Program-made: the position numbers and the translations under genes
Shown here: positions 50,728 to 60,911 of the stretch, piece after piece
Numbering within the stretch: the first letter of the stretch is position 1
How the letters are laid out: each line of letters begins with the position of its first letter
Notes under the pieces: model-generated
The model's input: only the letters and a program-made list of their open reading frames with translations
What the model was told of the DNA's origin: nothing
Database searches by the model: none
NCBI GenBank assembly: GCA_903951425.1
Contig: CAJBBX010000118.1
Location: 7,702 to 71,701, forward strand
From: an uncultured Chthonomonas sp.
GTDB taxonomy: Bacteria; Armatimonadota; Chthonomonadetes; Chthonomonadales; CAJBBX01
Direction of reading: 5' to 3'
DNA: 64,000 nucleotides

Positions 50728-51666
50728 GTGAGAAGACGCAGTCAAGCGACGCCCGAGCTGACCCAGCGCAGATGCGCCCGGATGTTGCGACGCCTCGGTA
50801 GCCGCCGCGCCGACGTCCGCGCCAAGGGCGCCGAGGAGCTTGCCGCCGGCGGCGAGGTGGCTTGGCCCATGGTGGCCACGCTGGTGCGCCGGCAGGCCGA
50901 CAACCGTTTGCTGCTCCTCATACTCCTGGGCGTGTTACTGGCTTGCGTGGTGGGAGCGGCCCTGGGTGAAGCCCTCATCGGGGTCACCGGGCCTCTCCTC
51001 TACGGGCTCACCAACTCGGCCGCATCCATCACCGGTATCGTCGCCGCGGTCGTTCTGGGGATGCTGATCGTCTCCGCCATCGTGGGCCTGGTCTACCTCG
51101 ACCAGCGCCGGGGCGTGCAGCGGGCCGCTGAAGCTGCGGCCACGGTGGGCGGTTCCCATGCGCTTGGCTTCCTGCTGGACAGCGGCGCCGGGGGGCTCTG
51201 TCTGGCCAACTGTCTGGAGGACGCCGAGCGTGATGCCTACGGCCGGCTGGACTTCGACCAGCTCCGATCGTTGCGCGGGACGCTGGCCGCCTCCGGCGAC
51301 GGGGCCGTGGTTCGCGCTGCCCTGGGCTTCTTCGAGCGCCATGGCGGCCCGGAGGATCTGCCGGCGGTCCGGTCGCTCTTGCGCATGGGCAAGGGCCTCT
51401 ACGCGCCGCGCCGCGTCGGCTCTGGCGTCAGGGCGGCGGCCGAGCGGGCCATCGAGGCCATGCAGGAGCGCGCCATGGCCGCCGGACGGCACCGCCACCT
51501 GCTCCGAGCCGCCGAGGCGCCGGGATCGCCTGCCGAGACTCTGGTGCGCCCGGCGCACTCCGTGGGCGGCAACGAGAAACTGCTGCTCCGCCCCGCCCCG
51601 GTGGAGGCCCCGGAAGCCGCTCCCGCCGAGCAGCCCGAGGGTGAGGTCGCCGCGCGGCAGGTATAA
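50728..51666 (+). CDS. Hypothetical membrane protein (N-terminal HEAT-like helix pair, two or three TM segments, Ala-rich C-terminal domain)
   Basis: GTG start with GGGAGG 5 nt upstream. TM stretches LLLLILLGVLLACVVGAAL and ITGIVAAVVLGMLIVSAIVGLVY. No family recognised. Confidence 0.55.
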   Translation: MRRRSQATPELTQRRCARMLRRLGSRRADVRAKGAEELAAGGEVAWPMVATLVRRQADNRLLLLILLGVLLACVVGAALGEALIGVTGPLLYGLTNSAASITGIVAAVVLGMLIVSAIVGLVYLDQRRGVQRAAEAAATVGGSHALGFLLDSGAGGLCLANCLEDAERDAYGRLDFDQLRSLRGTLAASGDGAVVRAALGFFERHGGPEDLPAVRSLLRMGKGLYAPRRVGSGVRAAAERAIEAMQERAMAAGRHRHLLRAAEAPGSPAETLVRPAHSVGGNEKLLLRPAPVEAPEAAPAEQPEGEVAARQV

Positions 51667-51750
51667 TGCCTCGCCCAAATCCCACTTGCACCGGGGATGC
51701 TCTTGCCCACCGAACCGACCACAGCGCCCACAGCCCTGCCCAGGGGCTTG

Positions 51751-53361
51751 ATGATGGACAGCCGCCTCACCCTCGACGCGATCCTTCGGCGCGCCTCCCG
51801 CGTCTACGCCGACAAGAGGATCGTCAGCCGCGGCAATGACCTGGCCGTCAGCGCCGCGACCTATGCCGAGCTGAGGCCCCGGGTCGCGCGCCTGATGAAC
51901 GTGCTGCGGAGCCTGGGTGTGAAGCCCGGCGACCGCGTGGCTACCTTCGCGTGGAACCATGCCCGCCACATGGAGCTCTACTTCGCGGCGCCGGCCATGG
52001 GTGCCATCCTCCACACGCTCAACATCCGCCTCGCGCCGGGGCAACTACGGTTTATCGTGGACCACGCCGAGGATGCCGTGATCTTCTACGACCGCTCCCT
52101 GGCGCCCAACCTGCGCCCCCTGCTGGAGCGGCCCGACCGGCGCGAGGCGTTCATCTGCATGGACGACGGCGCGCCCGATGTGGAGCCCCTGCCCGGTTCG
52201 CTGGAGTACGAGGTCCTGATGGCCGAGGCCGATGACGCCGAGCGCTTCATCGACGCCGATGAGAACGCCGCGGCGGCGCTCTGCTACACCTCCGGCACCA
52301 CCGGCGATCCGAAGGGCGTACTCTACACGCACCGCTCGCTCTACCTCCACAGCGTGGGCATCTGCATGGCCGACAGCCTGGCCATCAGCGAGTGCGAGAC
52401 AGTCCTGCCCGTGGTGCCCATGTTCCACGCCAACGCCTGGGGCATCCCCTACGCCTGCGCCCTCACCGGCGCGTCGCTGGTACTGCCCGGTCCGCACGTG
52501 GTGGGGAAGCCCCTGGCAGACCTGATCGAGAGCGAACGGGTGACGCTCACCGCCGGCGTTCCGTCGGTCTACACCGTGCTGCATCAGTACCTGCGCCAGC
52601 ACCCGCACGATATCTCAAGCCTCCGCTCGCTGGTGATCGGCGGGTCGGCTGCTCCGGCTGCGCTCATCGAGGCGTGGCGGCGCGACTTCGGCGTTCCCGT
52701 GATCCACGCCTGGGGCATGACCGAGCTCTCGCCCGTGGGCGCCGTTTGCCGCCTCCGCGCTTCGATGCAAGACCTGGAGCCCGCCGAGCAGTTGCCAATA
52801 CTCGCCAAGCAGGGCATTCCCGTCCCCATGGTGGAGGCCGACGTCCTGGACGAATCCGGCGCCCCCGCCCCGTGGGACGGCAAGACCACCGGCGAACTGG
52901 TCGTCCGCGGCCCATGGGTGGCTCGCGCCTACTACAAGGAGGAGGGCGCCCCCTCGCCACTGACCGACGATGGCTGGTTCCGCACCGGCGACGTGGCGCG
53001 GATCGACCCGCAGGGCTACGTGGAGCTGACCGATCGCAAGAAGGACGTCATCAAGAGCCGCGGCGAGTGGATCAGCAGCGTCGAGATGGAGAACGCCGTC
53101 ATGGGCATGCCGGGCGTGCTGGAGGCCGCCGTCATCGGCCGCCCGCACGCGCTCCGGGGCGAGGTCGCCGCCGCCTTCGTGGTGCGTCGTTCGGGCACGG
53201 AGCCGATCACGGGAGCCGACGTGCGCGACCATCTGGCCGCCACCTTCGCCCGATGGCAGCTCCCGCGCCTGAAGGACATCCACTTCGTGGACGCCCTACC
53301 CAAGACCGGGACCGGCAAGTTCGACAAGAAGGCGCTCCGCGCCGGGCTTCAGGCATCGTAG
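51751..53361 (+). CDS. Fatty-acid / acyl-CoA ligase (AMP-binding superfamily)
   Basis: AMP motif LCYTSGTTGDPKGVLYTH. Further blocks: GMTE, GELVVRGPWVARAYY, FRTGDVARIDPQGYVELTDRKKDVIKSRGEWISS, PKTGTGKFDKK. ATG 51751 (MMDSRLTL...) is preferred over the track start 51697. Confidence 0.9.
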   Translation: MMDSRLTLDAILRRASRVYADKRIVSRGNDLAVSAATYAELRPRVARLMNVLRSLGVKPGDRVATFAWNHARHMELYFAAPAMGAILHTLNIRLAPGQLRFIVDHAEDAVIFYDRSLAPNLRPLLERPDRREAFICMDDGAPDVEPLPGSLEYEVLMAEADDAERFIDADENAAAALCYTSGTTGDPKGVLYTHRSLYLHSVGICMADSLAISECETVLPVVPMFHANAWGIPYACALTGASLVLPGPHVVGKPLADLIESERVTLTAGVPSVYTVLHQYLRQHPHDISSLRSLVIGGSAAPAALIEAWRRDFGVPVIHAWGMTELSPVGAVCRLRASMQDLEPAEQLPILAKQGIPVPMVEADVLDESGAPAPWDGKTTGELVVRGPWVARAYYKEEGAPSPLTDDGWFRTGDVARIDPQGYVELTDRKKDVIKSRGEWISSVEMENAVMGMPGVLEAAVIGRPHALRGEVAAAFVVRRSGTEPITGADVRDHLAATFARWQLPRLKDIHFVDALPKTGTGKFDKKALRAGLQAS

Positions 53362-53410
53362 TGACCACCCCGCGCAGACGCCCCGCCGCCGCGGCCGGAG
53401 CCGGCGTCGT

Positions 53411-56400
53411 ATGATGCTCAAACGGCTGAACCTGGCGGGCTTCAAGACCTTCGCCGACAAGACGGAGATCGAGTTCGGCGAGGGCATGACCGCCGTGGTT
53501 GGGCCCAACGGCTGCGGCAAGAGCAACGTGGCCGACGCCCTTCTCTGGGTCATGGGCGAGCAGAACCCGCGCCTGCTCCGAGGCGCCGAGGGCCGGGACG
53601 TCATCTTCAGCGGCACCGACAAACGGCGGCAGCTGGGCATGGCCGAGGTCCGCCTCACGGTCGATAACGAAGACCGATCATTGCCCGTGGAGTACAGCGA
53701 GGTCACGGTCACGCGGCGGGTCTACCGCTCGGGCGAGTCCTACTTTGCGATCAACAACACGGCCTGCCGCCTGAAGGACATCGTTGAGCTCTTCCTCGAT
53801 ACCGGCGTGGGCAAGGGCGCCTACTCCTTCGTCACCCAGACCGAGATCGACGCCGTCCTCTCGGCCAAGGCCGAGGACCGCCGTGAGCTGTTCGAGGAAG
53901 CCGCCGGGATCAAGAAGTACCGGGTCAAGAAGCGCGAAGCCGTGCGCAAGCTGGAGCAAGCCGAGGGGCACCTGACCCGCGTGCGCGATATCGTCCACGA
54001 GTTGGAGCAGCAGCGCGAGCCCCTGTGTCGGCAGGCCGAGCAGGCCCGGCGCTACCTGGAGCTGACGGCGCGGCTGCAGCAGATCGAGATCGACCTCCTG
54101 GTGGCCGAGGCCCAGAAGGCCGACTATGAGCTCTACGCGGCCTCCCGCGACCGCGAGCTGGCCACAGGCGCCATCGACGCCCTGAGCCAGGAGATCACCG
54201 AAGGCGAGACCGAGGCCGACCTCCTCCGCTCGGAATTGGCGGCCGCCGACGCCTCGCTGGAAGAGGCCGCCGCCGAGCGTGCCCGCCGCCGGTCCGCAGT
54301 GGAGCGCGCCGAGAGCCGCCTGCAGGTGGCCATCGAGCGGGGCAAGGGCGCCGAGCAGAGCGCTGAGGCTCTTGATGGCGAGTTGAAGGAGCTGGCGGGC
54401 CGCATCGCCGGTCTTGTGCGCGAGGAAGAGCAGTTCGTCCAGGCCTCCGGGAAGGCCGAGACCGCCGAGGCGGAGAAGCGGCAGGCCCTCCATACGGCGC
54501 GTGGACGCCTGGCCGAGCTTGAGAAGGCGCTGGCAGCCGCCAACCGCCTGGGCCAGGACCGGCAGGGGGCCATCCGGCGCCTTTCCGAGGAGCGGTCCAA
54601 GCGCGAGAGCGCGCTGGCCGCCTGCACCGGCCGCCTGCAGGAGACCGAGGACCGCCTGGTCCGGCTCCGGACCGAGCGCGAGGCGCTGGAGGCCCGCGCA
54701 GCCGAAGCCGCGACCCGGCTCCAGACCGCTCGGCAGGCCGCCGAAAGCTTGACGCAGGCCCGAACCGCCGCCGACCAGGCCCGGACCGCCGCCGCCGCCG
54801 ATCGCCGCGCCCAGCAGGACGTCCACGCGCAGTCGCGGCTGGCGCTGGACGCCGCGCGCCGCAAACTCGCCGAGCGCGAGAGCCGTCTGGCCACGCTGAG
54901 GGAGCTGCAGCAGTCCGGCGAAGGCTTCTACCAGGGCGTCCGCGCCCTCCTGACCGCCGTCCGCAAGGGAGCCCTGAAGGGCGCCTACTTGCCTGTGGTC
55001 GACCTCTTCAGCGTGCCCGAGGGGCTCCGCGTGGCCGTGGAGGTGGCCCTGGGCGGCAGCGCGCAGGATGTGGTCTGCGAGACCGAGCGTGAAGCCCGCG
55101 ACGCCATCGAGTGGCTCAAGCGCGAACGCGCCGGACGCGCCACCTTCCTCGCCCTGCCCATGCTCCGGCCTTCAACCGCGCTCGAGGTCCGCGACCGCCC
55201 CGTCGGGTTCCTCGGCGTGGCCGCCGACCTCGTCGGCTTTGAGCCGAAGCATGACCCCGTGGCGCGGCTGCTCTTGGGCCGCGTGGCGGTCTTCGAGAGC
55301 ATGGAGAGCGCCATCGCGGCCTCGCGCCGCATGCAGGGCTGGAGCCGCATCGTCACGCTGGAGGGCGAGCTGATCACGCCGGGAGGCGCCATGACGGGCG
55401 GCTCGCTGCAGGGCCGAGGGGCGCACCTCGTGGGGCGCAAGGGCGAGATCGATGACCTGAGCCGCGCCATCCCGGGCATCCGCGCCGAGGCCGAGGCAGC
55501 CGCCAACAGCATCGATGCCTGCGCCTCCCGCGTGGCGGCCGCCGAACGCGCCCTGGATGCCGCCGGCGTGGCCCATTCGCAGTCCCAAGCGCAGTTGGCA
55601 GCCGCCGAGAGCGACGTTCGCTCGGCCGAGCGCGAGGACACGCGGGTGCGCGCCGAATTGGCCGACTTCGGCGCCGAGGTGACGCGCTTGACCAACGCCC
55701 GTCAGACCCTCGCACGGGAGGCCGACGAATGGACCGCCGCGCTGGCCGCCCACCGGGAGCAGGATACCAACTTGGACGACGCCCTGGGTGCCGCGCAGGC
55801 TGAGGCCCAGCGGCTTTCCGATGAGCGCGACACGGCCCGGTCGGACGCCGTGGGGCTGGAGGTCGAGGTGGGCCGCACAGCCGAAAAGCGGTCGGGCCTG
55901 CGGCGTTCCCTGGCCGCCGCGCAGGAAGGCCTCCGCCAAGCCCGGGCGAGCCAGGCCGCCAAGCAGACCGCGCGGGAGATGGCCGGCGGCCGGTACGCCT
56001 CCTCGGAAGAGGAGCAGCGGGCGATTCTGATCGAGCGCGAGGAGGCGCAGCGCCTCGGCGCCGATGCCGACGCCGCATGGGATGCCGCGCGGTCGCACCG
56101 GGCCGGGCTGGCCCAGCAGAGCGCCGAGGCCGGAACCGCCCTCCGAGCCGCCACAGCCAAGCGCGAGGAGTTGCGCCGCGACCTGCACGACGCCGAACTC
56201 CGCTTCGCCCGCATGGAGGTGCGCTTGGCTCAGACGTCCGAGCGGCTGATGGAGGAGTACAGCATCGAGATCAAGGATGCCCTGGCGCGGCCCGATCCTG
56301 GTCCCATGGAGCGCAACGTCGTCAACGAGGTCGCCCGACTTCGTCGCGAGGTGCGCTCCATGGGGCAGGTCAACACAGGCGCCGTGGAGGAGTACGACCG

Positions 56401-56998
56401 CCTCTCGGAGCGGTGCGCGTTCCTCGTGGAGCAGCGCGGCGACCTGGAGAAGGCCCGCGAGTCGCTGCTGGGCACCATCACAGAGATCGACGACAGCACC
56501 CGGGGCGTCTTCATGGAGACCTTCGAGGCCGTCACCACCGAGTTCGCGCTCCTCTTCGAGCGGCTCTTCGGCGGCGGCTCCACACGGCTCACGCTCTCGA
56601 ACCCCGACGATGTGCTGGAGACCGGCATCGAGGTCTTTGCCCAGCCGCCCGGCAAGAAGCCCCAGCACCTCTCGCTGCTCAGCGGCGGCGAGCGGGCGCT
56701 CACGGCTACGGCGCTGCTTTTCGCCTTCATGGCGGTGCGCCCGAGCCCCTTCGTCGTCTTGGACGAGGTGGACGCGCCGCTGGATGGCCCCAACGTCGAG
56801 AAGTTCGTGAAGCTGGTGGCCGACTTCAGCGACCGCACGCAGTTTCTCGTCATCACGCACAATCCGGTGACCATGGAGCACGCGCCGCGCTGGTACGGGG
56901 TCACCATGCAGGAGGCGGGGGTCAGCCGCGTGCTCTCCTACCGTGTGCCGTCCGATACGCTGGAGAGCGAGCCGGAGGAGCCCATCCTCCCGGCCTGA
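53411..56998 (+). CDS. smc: Chromosome partition protein SMC
   Basis: Walker A VVGPNGCGKSNVADA. Long Ala/Glu/Arg-rich coiled coils. Hinge ...YLPVVDLFSVPEGLRVAVEVALGG... Signature LSGGERALTATALLFA. Walker B FVVLDEVDAPLD. 1195 aa. Confidence 0.95.
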   Translation: MMLKRLNLAGFKTFADKTEIEFGEGMTAVVGPNGCGKSNVADALLWVMGEQNPRLLRGAEGRDVIFSGTDKRRQLGMAEVRLTVDNEDRSLPVEYSEVTVTRRVYRSGESYFAINNTACRLKDIVELFLDTGVGKGAYSFVTQTEIDAVLSAKAEDRRELFEEAAGIKKYRVKKREAVRKLEQAEGHLTRVRDIVHELEQQREPLCRQAEQARRYLELTARLQQIEIDLLVAEAQKADYELYAASRDRELATGAIDALSQEITEGETEADLLRSELAAADASLEEAAAERARRRSAVERAESRLQVAIERGKGAEQSAEALDGELKELAGRIAGLVREEEQFVQASGKAETAEAEKRQALHTARGRLAELEKALAAANRLGQDRQGAIRRLSEERSKRESALAACTGRLQETEDRLVRLRTEREALEARAAEAATRLQTARQAAESLTQARTAADQARTAAAADRRAQQDVHAQSRLALDAARRKLAERESRLATLRELQQSGEGFYQGVRALLTAVRKGALKGAYLPVVDLFSVPEGLRVAVEVALGGSAQDVVCETEREARDAIEWLKRERAGRATFLALPMLRPSTALEVRDRPVGFLGVAADLVGFEPKHDPVARLLLGRVAVFESMESAIAASRRMQGWSRIVTLEGELITPGGAMTGGSLQGRGAHLVGRKGEIDDLSRAIPGIRAEAEAAANSIDACASRVAAAERALDAAGVAHSQSQAQLAAAESDVRSAEREDTRVRAELADFGAEVTRLTNARQTLAREADEWTAALAAHREQDTNLDDALGAAQAEAQRLSDERDTARSDAVGLEVEVGRTAEKRSGLRRSLAAAQEGLRQARASQAAKQTAREMAGGRYASSEEEQRAILIEREEAQRLGADADAAWDAARSHRAGLAQQSAEAGTALRAATAKREELRRDLHDAELRFARMEVRLAQTSERLMEEYSIEIKDALARPDPGPMERNVVNEVARLRREVRSMGQVNTGAVEEYDRLSERCAFLVEQRGDLEKARESLLGTITEIDDSTRGVFMETFEAVTTEFALLFERLFGGGSTRLTLSNPDDVLETGIEVFAQPPGKKPQHLSLLSGGERALTATALLFAFMAVRPSPFVVLDEVDAPLDGPNVEKFVKLVADFSDRTQFLVITHNPVTMEHAPRWYGVTMQEAGVSRVLSYRVPSDTLESEPEEPILPA

Positions 56999-57064
56999 AC
57001 GCGGTAGGTATACTCAGACCCACCGAGCAAGGGCCACAGAGCGAGCGCGGGAGGGAGCCAGAGC

Positions 57065-58438
57065 ATGCGGGTCGTCCACATCGCCGCCGGAGCCGGAGCC
57101 ATGTACTGCGGAGCGTGCAAACGCGACGCCGGGCTGGCGCGAGGCTTGGCGGGCCTCGGCCACGACGTTGAGGTGGTGCCGATCTATACGCCACTCCGTG
57201 TGGATGACATCGAGCCGCCGAACGTAGGCCGCGTCCGCATGGGCGGCGTCAACGTCTACCTCCAGCACCGGATCCCGTTGCTCCGCCACACGCCCGCGTT
57301 CCTCGACTGGTTCTGGGACACTCCGGGTGTGCTGGCCGCGGCCTCCAAGTTCGCCGTACGGACGAAGGCGGCAGACGTGGGCGCCATGGCGGTACAGGTG
57401 TTGCGCGGCATGCGCGGCACCCAGCGCAAAGCCGTTAACGGTCTGATCGCTTACCTGGAGGCGCAGCCCAAGCCCGAGGTGATCAGTCTGACCAACACGC
57501 TGCTCTCAGGCATGGCGTCGGAGATTCACCGGCGCATGGATGTCCCCGTGGTCGCCTCGGTGCAGGGCGAAGACGGCTTCGTCAAGCAGATGCGCGACCC
57601 CTACCGCGCCCGCGCCATCGAGGTGCTACGGGCCAACGCCAAGGCGCTCGATCTTGTCCTGTGCCCCTGCGAGGCGTACATGGAGAGGATGGAGTCTTTC
57701 CTTGACGTGGAGCGGTCCCGCATGGCCCTGGTTCGTCCGGGCATCTATGCCCCGGCGTACCGGCGCCCCAAGGGAGCCCGTCCCGACGGCCCGCCCATCG
57801 TGGGCTTCCTGGGGGCGGTCACCTTCGTCAAGGGCATGGACCTCGTGGTCGAGGCTGCCGGGCGCCTGAAGGCCAAGGGAGCGCCGCCGATCCGCATCCT
57901 GGCCGCGGGATCGCTGCTTGACAAGCGCTACCTGAAAGCCGTGGAGCGGCGCGCCCACAAGCTGAACCTCGACGGCGTCTTCCAGTACTGCGGCGAACTC
58001 GACTTCGCGCAGAAGGTCCAGATGCTCCAGACCTGCGATATCGTCTGCCTGCCCTCGCGGGCGTGGGAGTGTCGGGCCATGGCCGGCCTCGAGGCGCTTG
58101 CGGCAGGCTGCCATCTGATCGCACCCAACAGCGGCATCTTCCCCGAGCTGGCCGACGCCACCGGCAATGTGACTACCTTCAAGTCCGACGACTACCGCTC
58201 CCTCTCGGATGCCATCCGCCAGGCGGTCAAGGGCCTGCCGGAGCTGGGCGCGCGGGGCGCCGACGCGGCAGACGCCGTGACCCAACGGTACAGCATCGAA
58301 GCCATGGCAACCGACGCGCAAGCCGCGCTGGTCAAGGCCAAGGAACGGTACGTGGTGACCAGGGAACTGCGCGAGCAGAGGCGGGCCGCATCCGAGGCCG
58401 CCACGGCCGAGGCGGAGAGCCGGACCGACAAACCGTAG
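57065..58438 (+). CDS. Glycosyltransferase, GT-B fold (GT4-like)
   Basis: N-terminal MRVVHIAAGAGAMYCGAC...GLGHDV. C-terminal half has the typical GT4 pattern VGFLGAVTFVKGMD...LPSRAWECRAMAGLEALAAGCHLIAPNSGIFPEL (EX7E-like). Confidence 0.75.
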   Translation: MRVVHIAAGAGAMYCGACKRDAGLARGLAGLGHDVEVVPIYTPLRVDDIEPPNVGRVRMGGVNVYLQHRIPLLRHTPAFLDWFWDTPGVLAAASKFAVRTKAADVGAMAVQVLRGMRGTQRKAVNGLIAYLEAQPKPEVISLTNTLLSGMASEIHRRMDVPVVASVQGEDGFVKQMRDPYRARAIEVLRANAKALDLVLCPCEAYMERMESFLDVERSRMALVRPGIYAPAYRRPKGARPDGPPIVGFLGAVTFVKGMDLVVEAAGRLKAKGAPPIRILAAGSLLDKRYLKAVERRAHKLNLDGVFQYCGELDFAQKVQMLQTCDIVCLPSRAWECRAMAGLEALAAGCHLIAPNSGIFPELADATGNVTTFKSDDYRSLSDAIRQAVKGLPELGARGADAADAVTQRYSIEAMATDAQAALVKAKERYVVTRELREQRRAASEAATAEAESRTDKP

Positions 58439-58449
58439 CCCGCCATGGC

Positions 58450-58492
58450 GCGAGGGGGCCGTTCTGCCCGGTCGGCAGAACGGCCCCCTCGC
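58450..58492. terminator. Strong bidirectional hairpin between convergent GT4 and oxidoreductase genes
   Basis: A perfect 19-bp stem (GCGAGGGGGCCGTTCTGCC / GGCAGAACGGCCCCCTCGC) with a 5-nt loop CGGTC. Confidence 0.6.
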
Positions 58493-58516
58493 TACGTGTC
58501 CGTCGCCGGTGCGAAC

Positions 58517-59839
58517 CTACAGGATGTAGTCGGTAGCGGGGATCTCGATGCGCATCTGCTTCGTCATGGCCTCGTTGGCCCGGATGCCCGACACTGCGGC
58601 GCGCAGCCCGTCCTTCCAGCCGCACGAGACAGGAGCGCCGGTGCGGACGCTGTTGAAGAAGTCCTCCATCTCCAGCAGGTAGTCGTCCTTCCCGGCGACC
58701 GCGCCGGTGATCACCTTCTCGCCTACCCTGGCTCCCGTGCCACCCAGCTTCTTCGTCGCCTCCGGGTCGAGCTTCAGGCCGCTCTGTCCCCGGGCGCCGG
58801 TCTGCTTGTTGGCGGGGTCCTTCATCCAGTCCTCGGCCTTGGCGGTGGGCTCGCGGTAGTACTGCCCGCCGCTCTCCTGCGACACGATGAGCGTGCCGTC
58901 TGTGCCCATGAACTGCTCGTAGAATCCGTCGTACTGATTGGTGGTGAGCGAGGTGTAGTTGAGCTTCACCTTGCTGGGGTACTCGTAGACCACCTCCACG
59001 TTGTCGAAGACCGTGCGACCGTCCTTCCAGTAGTCGATCCCGCCGATGCCCACCACGGCGCAGGGCGCCTCGTCCAGGTACCAGTTGGCCACATGGATCT
59101 GGTGCGTTCCCAGCTCTGCCATGAGGCCCTGGGAGTACTCCTTATAGAGGCGCCAGTTCCAGCGGCGGTCGGTGGTGTCCGCGGGCACGGGCAGGCGCCG
59201 CCAGGAGCCGTTGCGGTTCCACTGGGCTCGGATGTGCGTCACCTTGCCGCAGACCTTGACCTTGTTCAGTAGCTCCCAGCCATGGTTGTAGATCAGGTTG
59301 GAGCGGCGCTGGTGGCCGATCTGTAGGATGCGCTTGCCTGCGATGGAGGCCCGGGCCATGCGCTTGGCGTCCTCGATGGTGTAAGCCATCATCTTCTCGC
59401 AGAAGACGTGCTTGCCGGCCTTGAGCGCGTCGATGGCAATGGGCGCGTGCATGAAGAGCGGCGTGGCGATGAGCACGGCCTCAATGTCCTTGCGTTGGAG
59501 CACGGCCCGGTAGTCGGCATAGCCCTTGGCGTCGGGGCAGAGGGCCAGTGCGCGCTTCAGATTGGGCTCGTAGTTGTCGCACAGCGCCACCATCTTAACG
59601 CCCGGCACGCTGAGGGCGCGCTTCAGGTCGAAGGTGCCCTGCGAGCCGACGCCGATGAAGGCGCAGTTGACGGGGCGGGTCTCCTTGAGACCTTCGGCGC
59701 GGCGGCCCTGGGCCAGGGCGGCCTGATGCAGGTCTATGCCGAACGCGGCGGCGATGGCGGCGCCGCCCTGCAGCAGGTCGCGGCGGCTCATGTCGCTGGC
59801 GGTGAACGACAGATGCGGCTCGATGCGGTCGTTGCTCAT
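58517..59839 (-). CDS. TAT-exported Gfo/Idh/MocA family oxidoreductase
   Basis: The ATG at 59839 gives MSNDRIEPHLSFTASDMSRRDLLQGGAAIAAAF (twin-arginine leader). Rossmann CAFIGVGSQGTFD. FCEKMMA (EKP-type block). C-terminal GFO_IDH_MocA_C-like region. Confidence 0.85.
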   Translation of the reverse strand: MSNDRIEPHLSFTASDMSRRDLLQGGAAIAAAFGIDLHQAALAQGRRAEGLKETRPVNCAFIGVGSQGTFDLKRALSVPGVKMVALCDNYEPNLKRALALCPDAKGYADYRAVLQRKDIEAVLIATPLFMHAPIAIDALKAGKHVFCEKMMAYTIEDAKRMARASIAGKRILQIGHQRRSNLIYNHGWELLNKVKVCGKVTHIRAQWNRNGSWRRLPVPADTTDRRWNWRLYKEYSQGLMAELGTHQIHVANWYLDEAPCAVVGIGGIDYWKDGRTVFDNVEVVYEYPSKVKLNYTSLTTNQYDGFYEQFMGTDGTLIVSQESGGQYYREPTAKAEDWMKDPANKQTGARGQSGLKLDPEATKKLGGTGARVGEKVITGAVAGKDDYLLEMEDFFNSVRTGAPVSCGWKDGLRAAVSGIRANEAMTKQMRIEIPATDYIL

Positions 59840-60168
59840 TTCAGTCCCCCCGATAGGAGCCCTAGCGCCTAGTGCGCACGGCCTATTGCAGACATAATAC
59901 ATCACCGAGCACCGGGGTCGGCGCGGGAACCAATGGACCCATGGACTCGTCTGTTACGTTGGCGACCGGCACCAGTCAACTACTGGACCGCAAGCGGACA
60001 TAGAGGTCCCAGTCGCTGGATGTCGGGCCTATGTGTTGTGTTATGGCAGCCATGTTGTTCTCGCGGTATAGCTTTACTTGTTCTGATAGGAACTGCCATG
60101 CCCAGCTGTACGCCAAGCCTTGCGTCGACGCCTTACCGGCGCCCACAGGCGCCGTCTGGTAGCTTGCC

Positions 60169-60450
60169 ATGAGCGACCGTTATGTGAACTGCCCCAAATG
60201 CCTCTTCGTCAGCGCTGAGCTTCGCGGCGTGAACTGGCGCGTCGTATGCCGTGTGGCGCTCGCGACCATCCTTGCGGGGATATTGCTGGTCGAGGCCATG
60301 CTGCGCGATTACCAGTTCGTCAACCACATCATCGCCTCGGCGCCTGTCACGTTGCTGCTGCTGATCGGCTCGTTCATCCTACCGGTGCCCTGGGTCTACT
60401 GCCCCCGATGTGCCGAGGAGCGAGCCAAGGCCCGGCGCAAGAAGGAATGA
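60169..60450 (+). CDS. Small membrane protein with split zinc-ribbon (CPxC ... CPxC) flanking two TM helices
   Basis: NCPKC at the N-terminus and YCPRC near the C-terminus. TM segments VALATILAGILLVEA and APVTLLLLIGSFILPV. Basic tail KARRKKE. Third-position G+C is about 85%. Confidence 0.55.
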   Translation: MSDRYVNCPKCLFVSAELRGVNWRVVCRVALATILAGILLVEAMLRDYQFVNHIIASAPVTLLLLIGSFILPVPWVYCPRCAEERAKARRKKE

Positions 60451-60878
60451 CCCGCCGCCTGTTGCTTGTGGGCCTGCTCATGGCTGCCGAGACCGCCTTG
60501 GCAGGCCCGCCCGGCAAAGCTCCGCAACGGCAGGTGACGGTTACCTTCCTCCACCGCGATGTGCGTTGCCGCGATTGCTTGCGCATGGAGCAGTGGGGTA
60601 GGGACGTGGTTGTCTCCGCCTTTGCTCCGGAACTGGCCTCCGGCGTTCTTGCCTGGCGTGTGCTCAACCTCGACGCAAGCGGCAACCTGCGCCTGAAGCA
60701 TGAGTACAGCCTCCGGACGTCGTCCCTGGTGCTCGTTGAAACGGTGGGCGGCAAGCGGGTAAGGTGGAGCCGTCTGGATGGCGCGTGGGAGTTGCTGAAG
60801 AGCCGTCAGGCCTTCGCGACCTATGTCACTGCGTCGATCCGGTCGTTCAGGCGCGAGCAGGCCCCCGCATCACCATAG
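60447..60878 (+). CDS. Secreted small CxxC protein (thioredoxin-like?)
   Basis: The ATG overlaps the upstream stop (ATGA). Signal MTRRLLLVGLLMAAETALA. The CxxC is in VTFLHRDVRCRDCLRMEQW. The upstream part of the track ORF 60246..60878 was dropped. Confidence 0.5.
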   Translation: MTRRLLLVGLLMAAETALAGPPGKAPQRQVTVTFLHRDVRCRDCLRMEQWGRDVVVSAFAPELASGVLAWRVLNLDASGNLRLKHEYSLRTSSLVLVETVGGKRVRWSRLDGAWELLKSRQAFATYVTASIRSFRREQAPASP

Positions 60879-60911
60879 GCCGGGCGGGCCGCGCCGGAAA
60901 GGCCTGCCGCC

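Noticed and set aside
59906-60168. AT-richer 260-nt gap inspected for a tRNA/ncRNA and for the 64-aa ORF 59976..60170 (-)
   Set aside because: I found no cloverleaf-compatible arms or T-loop (GTTCRANYC-type) sequence. Only a short GGCGCC-type hairpin is present (about 60137-60154). The 64-aa ORF has mediocre third-position G+C (about 60%), no SD and no recognisable motif. It is more likely a divergent promoter region.
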